From Candidatus Saccharimonadota bacterium (GTDB taxonomy: Bacteria > Bacteroidota > Bacteroidia > Cytophagales > Amoebophilaceae): a DNA stretch of 32,000 nt. Position 1 is the first letter of the stretch. Every line of letters starts with the position of its first letter. Shown piece after piece: positions 1 through 9,417 of this stretch. The stretch spans positions 480,001 through 512,000 of the forward strand of contig NZ_OZ239769.1 in NCBI RefSeq assembly GCF_965196625.1, read 5' to 3'. The notes under the pieces were generated by a model that saw only the letters and a list, made by a program, of their open reading frames with translations, was not told where the DNA came from and did no database searches. A program made the position numbers and the translations under genes.

Positions 1-4
1 TACT

Positions 5-364
5 ATGGCTGTAAAAATAAGATTAGCTAGATGTGGCAGAAGACATCTAGCAGAGTACGACATCGTTGTAGCTGATGCACGGTCGCCACGAGATGGCCGT
101 TTTATAGAAAAAATTGGGAACTATAATCCCAACACAGCCCCTGCAACCGTTAAACTTAATGAGGCAAGTGCATTAAAGTGGCTTTTTCAGGGCGCACAGC
201 CCACTGATACGGTTAAAAACCTTTTATCTAAGCAAGGTGTAATGCTTAAAAAACATCTTCAGCTAGGTGTTATAAAGGGCGCTATTACCCAAGCACAAGC
301 AAATGAAAAATTGGCTAGTTGGAAAGCAGAGCGGGTCAAAAAAACAGCTGCTCATCGCCATTAG
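5..364 (+). CDS. rpsP: 30S ribosomal protein bS16
   Basis: 119-aa ORF with ATG at 5. The N-terminus [42 protein letters not shown] is the canonical S16 sequence, followed by a basic C-terminal extension. Confidence 0.95.
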   Translation: MAVKIRLARCGRRHLAEYDIVVADARSPRDGRFIEKIGNYNPNTAPATVKLNEASALKWLFQGAQPTDTVKNLLSKQGVMLKKHLQLGVIKGAITQAQANEKLASWKAERVKKTAAHRH

Positions 365-474
365 CGCATTACTTTAAATCTTCCTTGATGTATTTTGCTT
401 AGATGTTTAGTAGTGGCGCTGTACGTTTATAATTCAACTCATTAAGATCAAACTATAATAAAATAATTAATTAA

Positions 475-729
475 ATGAATAGGGAAGATATTATGGCTAA
501 GGTAGTAGCCATTGTTGTTGATAAACTAAATGTTTCAGCTCAAGAGGTTTTACCCACGGCCCATTTTGCAAATAGCCTAGGCGCCGATTCGCTAGACCAA
601 GTTGAATTGGTTATGGAGCTTGAGAAAGCATTTGATGTCTACATTAAAGATAATGAAGCTACCCATTTACAAACCGTGGGTAGTGTAGTAGATTATTTAG
701 AAGAGGCCTTGGCACAGCGTAAGGCTTAG
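475..729 (+). CDS. acpP: acyl carrier protein
   Basis: 84-aa acidic ORF with the phosphopantetheine attachment motif LGADSLDQVELVMELE. It lies directly upstream of fabF. Confidence 0.93.
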   Translation: MNREDIMAKVVAIVVDKLNVSAQEVLPTAHFANSLGADSLDQVELVMELEKAFDVYIKDNEATHLQTVGSVVDYLEEALAQRKA

Positions 730-741
730 TGTACCTTTTGT

Positions 742-1992
742 ATGTTACCCACAAGAGTAGTTATTACAGGACTAGGCGCTCTTACGCCCATTGGCAATAA
801 TGTTGCGGCATACTGGGATGGTCTGCTTTCCGGTCAAAGTGGTGCAGCACCCATTACGAAATTTGATACTGCAAAACATAAAACTAAGTTTGCTTGTACC
901 TTAAAAGACTATGATCCACATAACTACCTTGATGCAAAAGATGTTAGACGGATGGATCCATTTGCCCAGTATGCCATGGCAGCTGGGGATGAAGCGATAC
1001 AAAATGCCGAGTTAATCACCCCTTTAGTAGATAAGGAACGTGTAGGCGTCGTATGGGGTTCTGGCATAGGCGGGTTAGGTACTACAGAAGCAACCGTTTT
1101 AGAGTTTGCTGCCAATGGTATGGATCCCAAAATCAATCCCTTTTTTATTCCCAAGATTATACCAGATATTCCTTCTGGTCACCTATCCATTAAGTATGGC
1201 TTTAAAGGGCCCAACTTTGCTACAGTAGCTGCATGTGCCTCTGCAGTAAACGCCATAGTAACTGCTTTTCAATTGATTAAATTAGGGGATGCAGATGTAA
1301 TCGTAGCAGGTGGCTCAGAAGCGCCTATTATTCAAATCGGCATGGCTGGGTTCAATGCATTAAAGGCACTTTCTACACGCAATGAAGATTACTTAACCGC
1401 TTCACGTCCCTTTGATAAGACAAGAGATGGTTTTGTGATGGGAGAGGGGGCAGGTGCTTTAATCCTTGAGTCTTACGCGCATGCAAAAAAAAGAAAAGCT
1501 AAAATTTACGCCGAGGTAGTCGGTGTAGGGATGTCTGCAGATGCCTATCACATTACCGCACCAGATATGGGAGGCGTAATTTTAGCATTGCAACGTGCAT
1601 TAACCAGCGCTCGCCTTTCACCAGACTGTATAGACTACATTAATGCCCATGGAACCAGCACCCCATTGGGGGATCTTAATGAGATACAAGCCATTCAGCA
1701 TGTATTTGGTGCCCACGCCTATAAGCTCAACATTAGCTCCACCAAGTCAATGACCGGCCACTTACTGGGTGCGGCCGGCGCCATAGAGTCTATTGCCACT
1801 GTTTTAGCATTGTTGCATCAAGTAGTACCTCCAACCATTAACCATAACGTATTAGATGAATCCATTGATCCACAGATCAATCTAACTTTAAACAAGGCAG
1901 AAAAAAGATCCATCTTATTTGCGCAAAATAATGCATTTGGTTTTGGCGGACATAACGTTTCTATAATCTTCAAAAAATGGGAAGATTCCTAA
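742..1992 (+). CDS. fabF: 3-oxoacyl-ACP synthase II
   Basis: 416 aa. Active-site Cys context TVAACASAVNAI, the His motifs NAHGTSTPLGD and MTGHLLGAAG, and the C-terminal NAFGFGGHN. Confidence 0.95.
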   Translation: MLPTRVVITGLGALTPIGNNVAAYWDGLLSGQSGAAPITKFDTAKHKTKFACTLKDYDPHNYLDAKDVRRMDPFAQYAMAAGDEAIQNAELITPLVDKERVGVVWGSGIGGLGTTEATVLEFAANGMDPKINPFFIPKIIPDIPSGHLSIKYGFKGPNFATVAACASAVNAIVTAFQLIKLGDADVIVAGGSEAPIIQIGMAGFNALKALSTRNEDYLTASRPFDKTRDGFVMGEGAGALILESYAHAKKRKAKIYAEVVGVGMSADAYHITAPDMGGVILALQRALTSARLSPDCIDYINAHGTSTPLGDLNEIQAIQHVFGAHAYKLNISSTKSMTGHLLGAAGAIESIATVLALLHQVVPPTINHNVLDESIDPQINLTLNKAEKRSILFAQNNAFGFGGHNVSIIFKKWEDS

Positions 1993-2714
1993 GTTTACTC
2001 TATTACCTTTTTAGCAAGAAAGACCCCGCTGCACAACAGTTGGTCTCTTTTGTAAGAGCGGTTACTGGAATGGTGCCTTTAAACCTAGCCTTATATAAGG
2101 TAGCCCTTCAGCATAGCTCTATAGAAGAAGGGCATACCTCCAATGAACGGCTAGAATTTCTAGGCGATGCTATATTATCTGCCATTGTTGCAGACTACCT
2201 CTTTAAGAAATATCCTTTAAAAGAAGAAGGTTTTTTAACAGACATACGGTCAAGGTTGGTTAATAGGGATTCCTTAAATGGATTGGCACGTAAGATTCAT
2301 TTAGATAAGCTATTGCATTACGATGCAAATCTTATAAGAAAAAGTGGGCATAAATTTATTTATGGCAATGCATTAGAAGCACTGATCGGCGCCGTCTATT
2401 TAGATCATGGTTATGAGCGCTGTCAAAAATTTGTTATTGATCGCCTTATCGTCAATTATATAAGCCTCAAAGAGCTAATAGAACATGACACCAATTTTAA
2501 GAGTAGAATCATTCAATGGGCACATAAACACCACCTTCAAGTAGTCTTTAGGATTCTTGAGGAAAAACAGTATGAACACTATAAAGAATTTACCGCTCAA
2601 GTGCTTATGGATGAAAAAGTTATGGGAGAAGGAACAGGCAGAACTAAAAAATGTGCAGAACAAATGGCTGCCCAGCAAGCTTTAGCCCATACGGAACAAA
2701 CAGAAGCAAAATAA
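1977..2714 (+). CDS. rnc: ribonuclease III
   Basis: 245 aa. RNase III signature NERLEFLGDAIL and a C-terminal dsRNA-binding-like segment (GEGTGRTKKCAEQMAAQQAL). Overlaps the fabF end by 16 nt. The acpP-fabF-rnc order is conserved. Confidence 0.92.
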   Translation: MGRFLSLLYYLFSKKDPAAQQLVSFVRAVTGMVPLNLALYKVALQHSSIEEGHTSNERLEFLGDAILSAIVADYLFKKYPLKEEGFLTDIRSRLVNRDSLNGLARKIHLDKLLHYDANLIRKSGHKFIYGNALEALIGAVYLDHGYERCQKFVIDRLIVNYISLKELIEHDTNFKSRIIQWAHKHHLQVVFRILEEKQYEHYKEFTAQVLMDEKVMGEGTGRTKKCAEQMAAQQALAHTEQTEAK

Positions 2715-2768
2715 TAGCGGCCATTTTTGGTCATTATTCCTAAACGATCGCATTTATCTATAAAAATT

Positions 2769-4217
2769 ATGGCAAGAGAAGGGAAAGACATACGAGATAT
2801 TATTGATGCATCTGATTACCCATATGGCTTTGAGAGCAATATCCCGGTAGATGCCATTCCAAAGGGCTTAACAGAGGCGACCATTCGTCTGATTGCTGAG
2901 AAAAAAAATGAACCAGATTGGTTGCTCAAGCGGCGCTTACAGGCCTTTAACCATCTCTCTAAATTAAAAGAGCCTATCTGGGCAAAGGTGGCCTATCCAC
3001 CTATAGATTACCAAAACATTATTTATTATGCAGCCCCTAAACAAAAAATACAATTAAACAGTTTAGAAGAGGCTGATCCAGCCCTTTTGGCTACCTTTAA
3101 GCGCTTAGGGATCTCCTTAGAGGAGCAAAAAAGACTAACCGGTGTAGCGATGGATGTGGTGTTAGATAGTGTTTCTGTTGCAACTACTTTTAAAGATACC
3201 TTAAATAGGTTAGGGATTATTTTTTGTTCTTTTAGTGAAGCGGTTCAAAAACACCCAGACTTGATTCAAAAATACTTGGGTAAAGTAGTCCCCATGACCG
3301 ACAATTACTTTGCGGCCCTCAATACCGCTGTATTTAGTGATGGTTCCTTTTGCTACATTCCCAAAGGCGTTCATTGCCCTATGGAACTCTCCACCTATTT
3401 TCGGATCAATGCGGCCAATACTGGTCAATTTGAACGCACCTTAATTGTAGCAGAAGAAGATGCGTACGTGAGCTACTTAGAAGGATGCACCGCCCCTATG
3501 CGGGATGAGCACCAACTACATGCTGCCGTAGTAGAGATCTATGCTGAAAAAAAGGCCCATGTAAAATATGCTACTGTACAAAATTGGTATCCAGGCAATG
3601 AAGAAGGTGTAGGCGGGGTATATAATTTTGTAACCAAACGCGGCCTTTGTGCGGGTGCACATGCTAAAATTTCTTGGACACAAGTAGAAACAGGCTCAGC
3701 CATTACTTGGAAGTATCCTAGTTGCATTTTAATGGGAGATCATTCGGTAGGTGAGTTTTACTCTGTAGCCGTAACCAAGCACAAACAGCAAGCAGATACG
3801 GGCACAAAAATGATTCATCTAGGTAAAAATACGAAAAGTCGAATTGTAGCCAAGGGCATTGCAGCTGGTCACTCCAATAATAGCTATAGAGGCTTGGTCA
3901 AGCTCTCAGCTGGCGCAGCACATGCGACTAATTTTTCTCAGTGCGACTCTTTATTGATGGGCAATAACTGTGGTGCCCATACCTTTCCTTATATAGAAGT
4001 AAAAAACCCAACCGGGAAAGTAGCCCATGAAGCAACTACCTCTAAAATTAGCGAAGAGCAACTTTTTTATTGCAACCAACGTGGTATTGACCATGAAAAC
4101 GCCATTGCTCTGATCGTCAATGGCTACTGTAAAGAAGTACTCAACCAGTTGCCGATGGAGTTTGCTGTAGAGGCACAAAAGCTACTGGCACTTACCTTAG
4201 AAGGTAGCGTAGGCTAA
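2769..4217 (+). CDS. sufB: Fe-S cluster assembly scaffold protein SufB
   Basis: Full-length SufB-like sequence ([46 protein letters not shown]). The ORF opens at 2727, but the ATG at 2769 ([11 protein letters not shown]...) is the more plausible start. Confidence 0.92.
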   Translation: MAREGKDIRDIIDASDYPYGFESNIPVDAIPKGLTEATIRLIAEKKNEPDWLLKRRLQAFNHLSKLKEPIWAKVAYPPIDYQNIIYYAAPKQKIQLNSLEEADPALLATFKRLGISLEEQKRLTGVAMDVVLDSVSVATTFKDTLNRLGIIFCSFSEAVQKHPDLIQKYLGKVVPMTDNYFAALNTAVFSDGSFCYIPKGVHCPMELSTYFRINAANTGQFERTLIVAEEDAYVSYLEGCTAPMRDEHQLHAAVVEIYAEKKAHVKYATVQNWYPGNEEGVGGVYNFVTKRGLCAGAHAKISWTQVETGSAITWKYPSCILMGDHSVGEFYSVAVTKHKQQADTGTKMIHLGKNTKSRIVAKGIAAGHSNNSYRGLVKLSAGAAHATNFSQCDSLLMGNNCGAHTFPYIEVKNPTGKVAHEATTSKISEEQLFYCNQRGIDHENAIALIVNGYCKEVLNQLPMEFAVEAQKLLALTLEGSVG

Positions 4218-4223
4218 GGCATG

Positions 4224-5453
4224 CTACGCCTCTAAATGGTCTTCATATACTTCATAATCATAGTCATCTATCATTCTGGTTACTTCATTGAAGTTAATGC
4301 CTAGCAATATAATGGCTTTTTGCCTGAGTAAGTAAGGCTTATAATACCCGTTTGCTTTGATTTGTGCTAAGGCTATTTTCCCGGCGGATTTATATTTGAT
4401 TTCTATAATGTAGATGGCACTTTCTACTTCTAAAACAATAGACCTCTTTTGAGCATCCATTTCTAATGACCTAGTGCACTTCTAATCGCATCCCGCTCTT
4501 GTACAAAAAGTCCTTTACACACTTTTCTAAACTGTATTGTATACTCCTCTGAAAAGAGGCTGCTATCTCTTTATTAGGAAACTTTAATGTATATAGGCTA
4601 GTAGATGCATCATAATCATGAATGGTTAGATAGCCCGTTTGAAACATCAATGATTTTAAGCTAATCTCACGCCTACTCCCTGTATACATGAGATCTTCTC
4701 TAGTAGCCTCTATTTGGAGGTTATCTATATTCAGATCGAATCTATCAGGATCTGCCAACATCTGGTTAATGAGTATGGTAGGGCTACCTGACTCATACCA
4801 GTAGTTTTCTAGTTTACCAGATTCTAAAAATTTTAGCGTAGAACATGGGTTGTATACACTTGCGCCATCTTCATAAAACTTATATCCATTGTAATAACTT
4901 GCTATGTGGCGCATAACTTCTAAATCCGTTATTTTTTTATTTTCTTTTGCACCATTGTTCAGCAATATCTGCTAAGTTTTTTGAGAATATGGCTACAATT
5001 TCTTGCTGCGTATAGCCAAACATGGCATCCGCTAGCCATATCTGCGACCAAATTAGAAAGCTTTGTTTTAAGCAAATGGCCTCTAAGTGTTAACCCATAT
5101 GTTGAAGCCACCTCTGTAAGCGTCTCTTCTAGAGACAATTGTAATAATTCTGCAGAGTCATTGGTTAATCTAGAATGGTCTAGTTTAATCACTGGATATT
5201 TCTTCCACTCATATCCATTTTCTGACTCACCTATATAACAATCCTTAAATACCTACTTGTCTCCACTGCATATAGTAGCCAGTGTATTGATAAACAATGA
5301 TTTCCCAAATCTCCTAGGCCGGGCTATAAATACAGGATTTCTTTTTTCAATTAGCCCTTGTGCATATCGTGTTTTATCTACATAATAGCCTGTTTCAATC
5401 ACTGATTGGACATCTGAATACCCAATAGGCAGTGCATTTGTCCTACGCATCAT
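4224..5453 (-). pseudogene. AAA-ATPase-like / PD-(D/E)XK (DUF1703-type) protein, broken into four ORF pieces
   Basis: Four consecutive minus-strand ORFs (5253-5453, 4959-5192, 4471-4965, 4224-4460) in different frames. The N-terminal piece carries LPIGYSDVQSVIETGYYVDKT and ARPRRFGKS (predicted AAA-ATPase N-terminus). The last piece carries the nuclease-core-like IYIIEIKYKS...ALAQIKANGYYKPY. Confidence 0.75.
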
Positions 5454-5528
5454 TTGTATCTTTTTAAACTTCTTTTGCTAGATTTTCTCAGCAATCAAGT
5501 TTCGAACAAGACCTGTTATTTAATTGTT

Positions 5529-6651
5529 TTACCCCCCATCATCATCTAGCTTTTCTACACGCCTTGACCGTGGCCATAAATAGTGTACAGCTAACATCAC
5601 CAGACCATTCACTAATACGCAAGGAAAGGTACCACTAGCCGTCAACAATAGAGGAGCCACCAATTTTCGCCAAGCGATAACAGCTAGTGCACCTGCAGCC
5701 ATACCCATTAGTGCATTACGTGCAGTAGTACGAAACCCTAAAACAGCCAAAATAAACGGAGCAGCTATTATGGGTATATAAAAACGATCAAACCAATTAC
5801 TCATAGTACGAATAGCAGAAAGCGTAGAACTATTTAAAGACAAGAAAATACCCAACACAGCAATAACTAGCATTGCCTATATAAGCTACCCTATAATGGG
5901 CAATACAGGACAAGTGCTTTTTAAGGCGCACACGGAGTAATATTGGTAATATATCATAGCTAATCATAACCGAACAGACATGCAGCCTAGAATCAGCTGT
6001 GGACATCGTAAGAGCTAATAAACAGACACAAAATATTCCTTTAAATAAAGGAGAAATATGCATCAATATATAATTTAAAGTCTCATTTTTTGGTATATCT
6101 GGTGGTAACCATGCAAAAACAAATGCACCAACAAGCATACAGCATAACATGATTACAAAACTAATCATACCAGCATATAAACATACTTTTTGGGCTTGAG
6201 CAGGCTCAGCAGCCATATAGATATGCTGCATATAGCCAGGCTCTATAAAGCCAAACATAAAGGTTAGATAACGCAACGTAAGCCCCAACTTGGTTTGACC
6301 GACAAACAGCCCATTCCATGTAAATTGCTTTTGAGTGGTTACAAAAGCAAACGTTTCACCAATTGGACGACCTGTCTTGATAAACATAAACCAGGCTAAG
6401 AGACAAATAAGGCCCACAAAAGTTATAGATTGCCATACATCCGTCAATACAACAGCACGGCTACCACCAAATATAGTATAGGCAATAAGTAGTATAGCAG
6501 CCAATATAGTAATGCATACTGGGTTCACTGAAGTTATACATCCACTTATAACCTGAGATAAGATATAAATCTGTGTAGCAATAAGGATAATAGAGTAGCA
6601 ACAACTCAATAAAGCAGTAATAGCTCTTGGATATTTTCCATAAAGGAACAC
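5529..6651 (-). pseudogene. sodium:solute symporter (SSS) family paralog, 5'-truncated and frameshifted
   Basis: ORFs 5830-6651 and 5529-5873 align by eye to aa ~115-465 of the 22449-26030 protein. Examples: GGSRAVVLTDVWQSITF vs GGIRSVTFTDVMQFITF; LALTMSTADSRLHVCSVMISYDIL vs IAMTMSTADSSLNSCATMLTHDLL; FILAVLGFRTTARNALMGM vs LLLAIFGFRGTSRTALIGM. The first ~110 aa and everything after the SSS domain are missing. Confidence 0.72.
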
Positions 6652-6654
6652 CTA

Positions 6655-7006
6655 GTTCTAGTAGAGATAATAAAATTTCTTCCCGCGCTACTCTTTTTTC
6701 AGTTCCATAATCACATAAGCATTCATAATCATGAGTTTCAGATTCGGAATCATATATATGGCCATCACATGGCAATGGAGCATCGTACATCGCTTGCGCC
6801 ACCATGGATAGCGGGGTTATACCCAATCGATTTGGCATACTGCAAATCTCTATTAGTTCGGCACCATTATTTCTAACAGCTTTCTTTAACCAATTTACTA
6901 AGCATTCTACTATGGCTAAATTAGCAGTATTAACCCCTAAATGGATAAGTGTGTTCTTATCATCTCCATGCTTTTGTAAAAAAGCTTGCTTTAGACCAAT
7001 CCTTCC
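6655..7006 (-). pseudogene. ankyrin-repeat protein remnant
   Basis: The minus-strand frame is open from 7006 (stop at 7007-7009). It reads ...FLQKHGDDKNTLIHLGVNTANLAIVECLVNWLKKAVRNNGAELIEICSMPNRLGITPLSMVAQAM..., two ANK-like repeats of the G-x-TPL/LIH...A...IV..L type. No credible start, and it runs out of frame into the SSS remnant. Confidence 0.45.
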
Positions 7007-7011
7007 CTATC

Positions 7012-7701
7012 AGCCGCTTGTAGTGAGCGGTTTAGCCTATGGGGCAGATATATGGGCCCATAAGCAAGCATTGGAAATGGGACTGACTACCGTAGCGGTA
7101 TTGCCAACCAGTTTGGACCAAATCTACCCTACTGCACACAAAAAAATAGCGATGGAGATGTGTGGGCTAAGAGGAGGCTTGCTTACAGAGTACCCTATAG
7201 GCAAGTGGACTGGGCGCCCATACTTTTGTGGCACGCAATAGAATTTTAGCTGGGCTGGCAGATGTAACCATAGTGATTGAGGCGAAAGAAAAAAGTGGTG
7301 CATTGATTACTGCCTATTATGCCAATAGCTACCATCGAGAAGTTTTTGCCTTGCCAGGTAGCATTTACTCAGCTACCTCGGCAGGATGCCATCGATTGAT
7401 TAAACGGAATCAGGCACACCTACTGACCTATATAGATGACTTAGCTTATATTATGAACTGGAAGGTGAACCATCAACCCAAAGTAGACATTTACCGTAAT
7501 GATCCACTTACAGAACCAGAGCAAATGGTTTTAAACCAGTTTCAGGAAACTACACAACCCATAACCGTTGATGGGCTAACAGAGGCTACCGCTTTGCCAC
7601 CTGGCGCATTACAAGCGGCATTGCTATCACTAGAATTACAAGGGTTATTACGGGCACTACCGGGTAAGCGTTTTATATTAGCACCTATGCATAAACAATA
7701 G
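7012..7701 (+). pseudogene. dprA: DNA-processing protein DprA (Smf), 5'-truncated and frameshifted
   Basis: DprA Rossmann-core motifs VVSGLAYGADIWAHKQALE...TVAVLPTSLDQIYP sit in ORF 6804-7241. ARNRILAGLADVTIVIEAKEKSGALITA...VFALPGSI sits in ORF 7228-7701. The frame changes in the CTTTTG run near 7222-7228. Homology begins only at ~7012, so the usual ~100-aa N-terminal part is absent. Confidence 0.8.
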
Positions 7702-7963
7702 ACTTCTTTTGAAACACTACTTCTGCTGGTAATTTGCACGTCGATCCGGTGCTCAAATCCTCATACATTTAGTACGCTCCGGTTTTCCGCGCCGTCTCTC
7801 CTACAAATTCCTGACCACAAGCAGCGTTTCAAAAGAAGTCTTCTGCTGGTAATTTGCGCGTCGATCTGGTGCTCAAATCCTCACGTACATTTAGTACGCT
7901 CCGGTTCTGCGCGCCATCTCTCCTACAAATTCCTGACATATAAGCAGCGTTTCAAAAGAAGTC
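7701..7963. repeat. tandem pair of ~120-nt palindromic (MITE/REP-like) units with 15-nt terminal inverted repeats
   Basis: Units 7721-7840 and 7841-7963 match at roughly nine of ten positions by eye. Each ends in GTTTCAAAAGAAGTC, and its reverse complement GACTTCTTTTGAAAC sits at 7701-7715. Inside each unit CTGCT/AGCAG, GGTAATTTG/CAAATTCC and GAT(C/T)(C/T)GG/CCGGTT arms can pair around an apical CGTAC-ATTTA-GTACG hairpin. Confidence 0.85.
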
Positions 7964-8035
7964 TCGTGAGATGTAAAGCATAATGCAAGAATTTAGCTAA
8001 ATTTGAAGCAGCTAAAACCTAACCCATCGATATAT

Positions 8036-8845
8036 ATGTTTAAAGTAGCCACCTTATACAAATTTGTCCCGCTAGATGACCTAGTAGCGCTACAACAAAA
8101 GCTGCAGTCGATATGCAAAACACTAACCGGCACACTACTTATTGCTTCAGAAGGGATTAATGGCACCATTGCTGGCCTGCCTGATCTACTAGACTATGCC
8201 ATGGCCGAGCTAAAAGTGATTCCAGCACTTAGCAACTTGTGGTATCAATATTCTACAGCCAGTGATAAGCCATTTCGCCGCCTAAAGGTTAGAATCAAAA
8301 AAGAGATTATCACCATGCACAAGCCGGAGGTGCAGTCGATGGGGCTACGTGGTCAGCACGTCTCAGCTGCAGACTGGAATGATAGATTAGACCAGGCAGC
8401 TGTTGTGGTTGATGTCCGAAACGACTATGAATATCGATTGGGCAGCTTTGAAGGTGCCTTAAACCCTAAAACAACCTACTTTAGTCAATTCCCTGCTTTT
8501 GTGGAAAGCCATTTAACTGCTTATAAAGACCAGCCCATTGCTGTGTTTTGTACGGGAGGCATCAGATGTGAAAAGGCATCTGCTTATATGCTTGCGAGTG
8601 GTTTCAAAGAGGTTTATCAGCTAAGCGGTGGCATTCTACAATATTTAGCCCATACGCAAGAAGATCTTTCCAGATGGAAAGGAGAATGTTTTGTATTTGA
8701 TGAACGCATATCCCTAGGCCATGGATTAAAAAAAGGAAGTAGCCTGCTTTGCTATGGCTGCCGTATGCCTTTAACAACAGAAGATCTAGACGAAAATTAC
8801 AAACCTGGTATTCGATGCAAATTTTGTCTAAAAAAAGAGAAATAA
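8036..8845 (+). CDS. trhO: rhodanese-domain protein of the UPF0176/YceA family (tRNA uridine(34) hydroxylase TrhO-like)
   Basis: N-terminus MFKVATLYKFVPLDD...LLIASEGINGTIAG, rhodanese active-site loop FCTGGIRCEKA, and a C-terminal Cys cluster (CYGC...CKFC). The ORF track opens at TTG 8003; the ATG at 8036 fits the family N-terminus. Confidence 0.82.
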   Translation: MFKVATLYKFVPLDDLVALQQKLQSICKTLTGTLLIASEGINGTIAGLPDLLDYAMAELKVIPALSNLWYQYSTASDKPFRRLKVRIKKEIITMHKPEVQSMGLRGQHVSAADWNDRLDQAAVVVDVRNDYEYRLGSFEGALNPKTTYFSQFPAFVESHLTAYKDQPIAVFCTGGIRCEKASAYMLASGFKEVYQLSGGILQYLAHTQEDLSRWKGECFVFDERISLGHGLKKGSSLLCYGCRMPLTTEDLDENYKPGIRCKFCLKKEK

Positions 8846-8874
8846 AGCATTTTTTAGCTCTTTCATCCCTAGCC

Positions 8875-9417
8875 CTATTCTAAAATCTGCTGAACCAGCC
8901 GACAAAGATCACCATAAGATTCTGCAAAGAGCGGACACATATTCCCAGTTGGACTATTTTTAATGCGTACACGACTGGCACTAAAAATTGAGCCAAAAAG
9001 CAGATCCAATTTATGAAGTGGATACCGAAACAACAAATGGTTTTGTTGGTTATGATCCTCACGCGTAGAGGGATCCATCATAATCGCTATTAATTTACAT
9101 AACTTATATTTGTCTTTCATAGTAGAAGCCAATTCGATAAAGTTTTCTAAACCAACTGGTACCATATTGTTGTGTTCAGGAAGAATCAGTACCAGCTTTT
9201 CTATGATGGCCAAGGTATCCCGTAGTGCCGTTGCCTTCTCTTCTTTAATCTGTAAAGGTTCGCTAGAAGAAGCGTTGATTACCTTTTCTAAATTTATGGT
9301 TTCTAATGCTGTATCACATCCCTTTGCTTCTAATGCACCAGCACACCAACAGCTAAAATTCTCTGGAAAGGAATTACCAGGCTCAGTTGTAGTAAGAATA
9401 AGAACCTTGGTTTTCAT
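8875..9417 (-). CDS. flavodoxin-fold protein, distantly NADPH-dependent FMN reductase-like (divergent)
   Basis: 180 aa. MKTKVLILTTT... beta-strand start and LVLILPEHNNMVPVGLENFIELAS, which resembles the TPEYNgsiPgvLKNaiDW segment of FMN reductases. The phosphate-binding GSxRxxS loop is not conserved. Confidence 0.35.
   Translation of the reverse strand: MKTKVLILTTTEPGNSFPENFSCWCAGALEAKGCDTALETINLEKVINASSSEPLQIKEEKATALRDTLAIIEKLVLILPEHNNMVPVGLENFIELASTMKDKYKLCKLIAIMMDPSTREDHNQQNHLLFRYPLHKLDLLFGSIFSASRVRIKNSPTGNMCPLFAESYGDLCRLVQQILE

Noticed and set aside
352-380. Shared GCCATTAGCGC 11-mer between the rpsP 3' end and 15955-15965.
   Set aside because: Exact 11-mers shared by chance are expected many times in 32 kb, and the similarity does not extend convincingly beyond it.
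924-1154. Antisense or alternate-frame ORFs of 60-100 aa inside well-supported genes. Examples: 924-1154, 2475-2791, 3210-4178, 11402-11599, 12387-12695, 13948-14154, 14698-15000, 16253-16456, 17261-17470, 22670-22870, 23612-23851, 26847-27059, 29360-29569, 30368-30975.
   Set aside because: Each lies wholly within a longer ORF that has clear family motifs. Their translations are low-complexity or compositionally odd. They are shadow ORFs.
1977-1992. Gene overlaps fabF/rnc (16 nt) and lptB/gatB (12863-12870, 8 nt) as something unusual.
   Set aside because: Short overlaps of this kind are ordinary translational coupling in compact bacterial operons.
4207-4229. GCGTAG...CTACGC hairpin between convergent sufB and the pseudogene, considered as a bidirectional terminator.
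   Set aside because: The stem is only 6 bp with an 11-nt loop, there is no U-tract on either strand, and it overlaps both coding ends.
7222-7241. Programmed frameshift in dprA at the TTTT run.
   Set aside because: The gene also lacks its 5' third and sits among other gene fragments. Simple decay is the more economical explanation.
7701-7963. Possible CRISPR array.
   Set aside because: There are only two units, and they are directly adjacent with no unique spacers. Each unit is ~120 nt and internally palindromic over its whole length. No cas genes are nearby.
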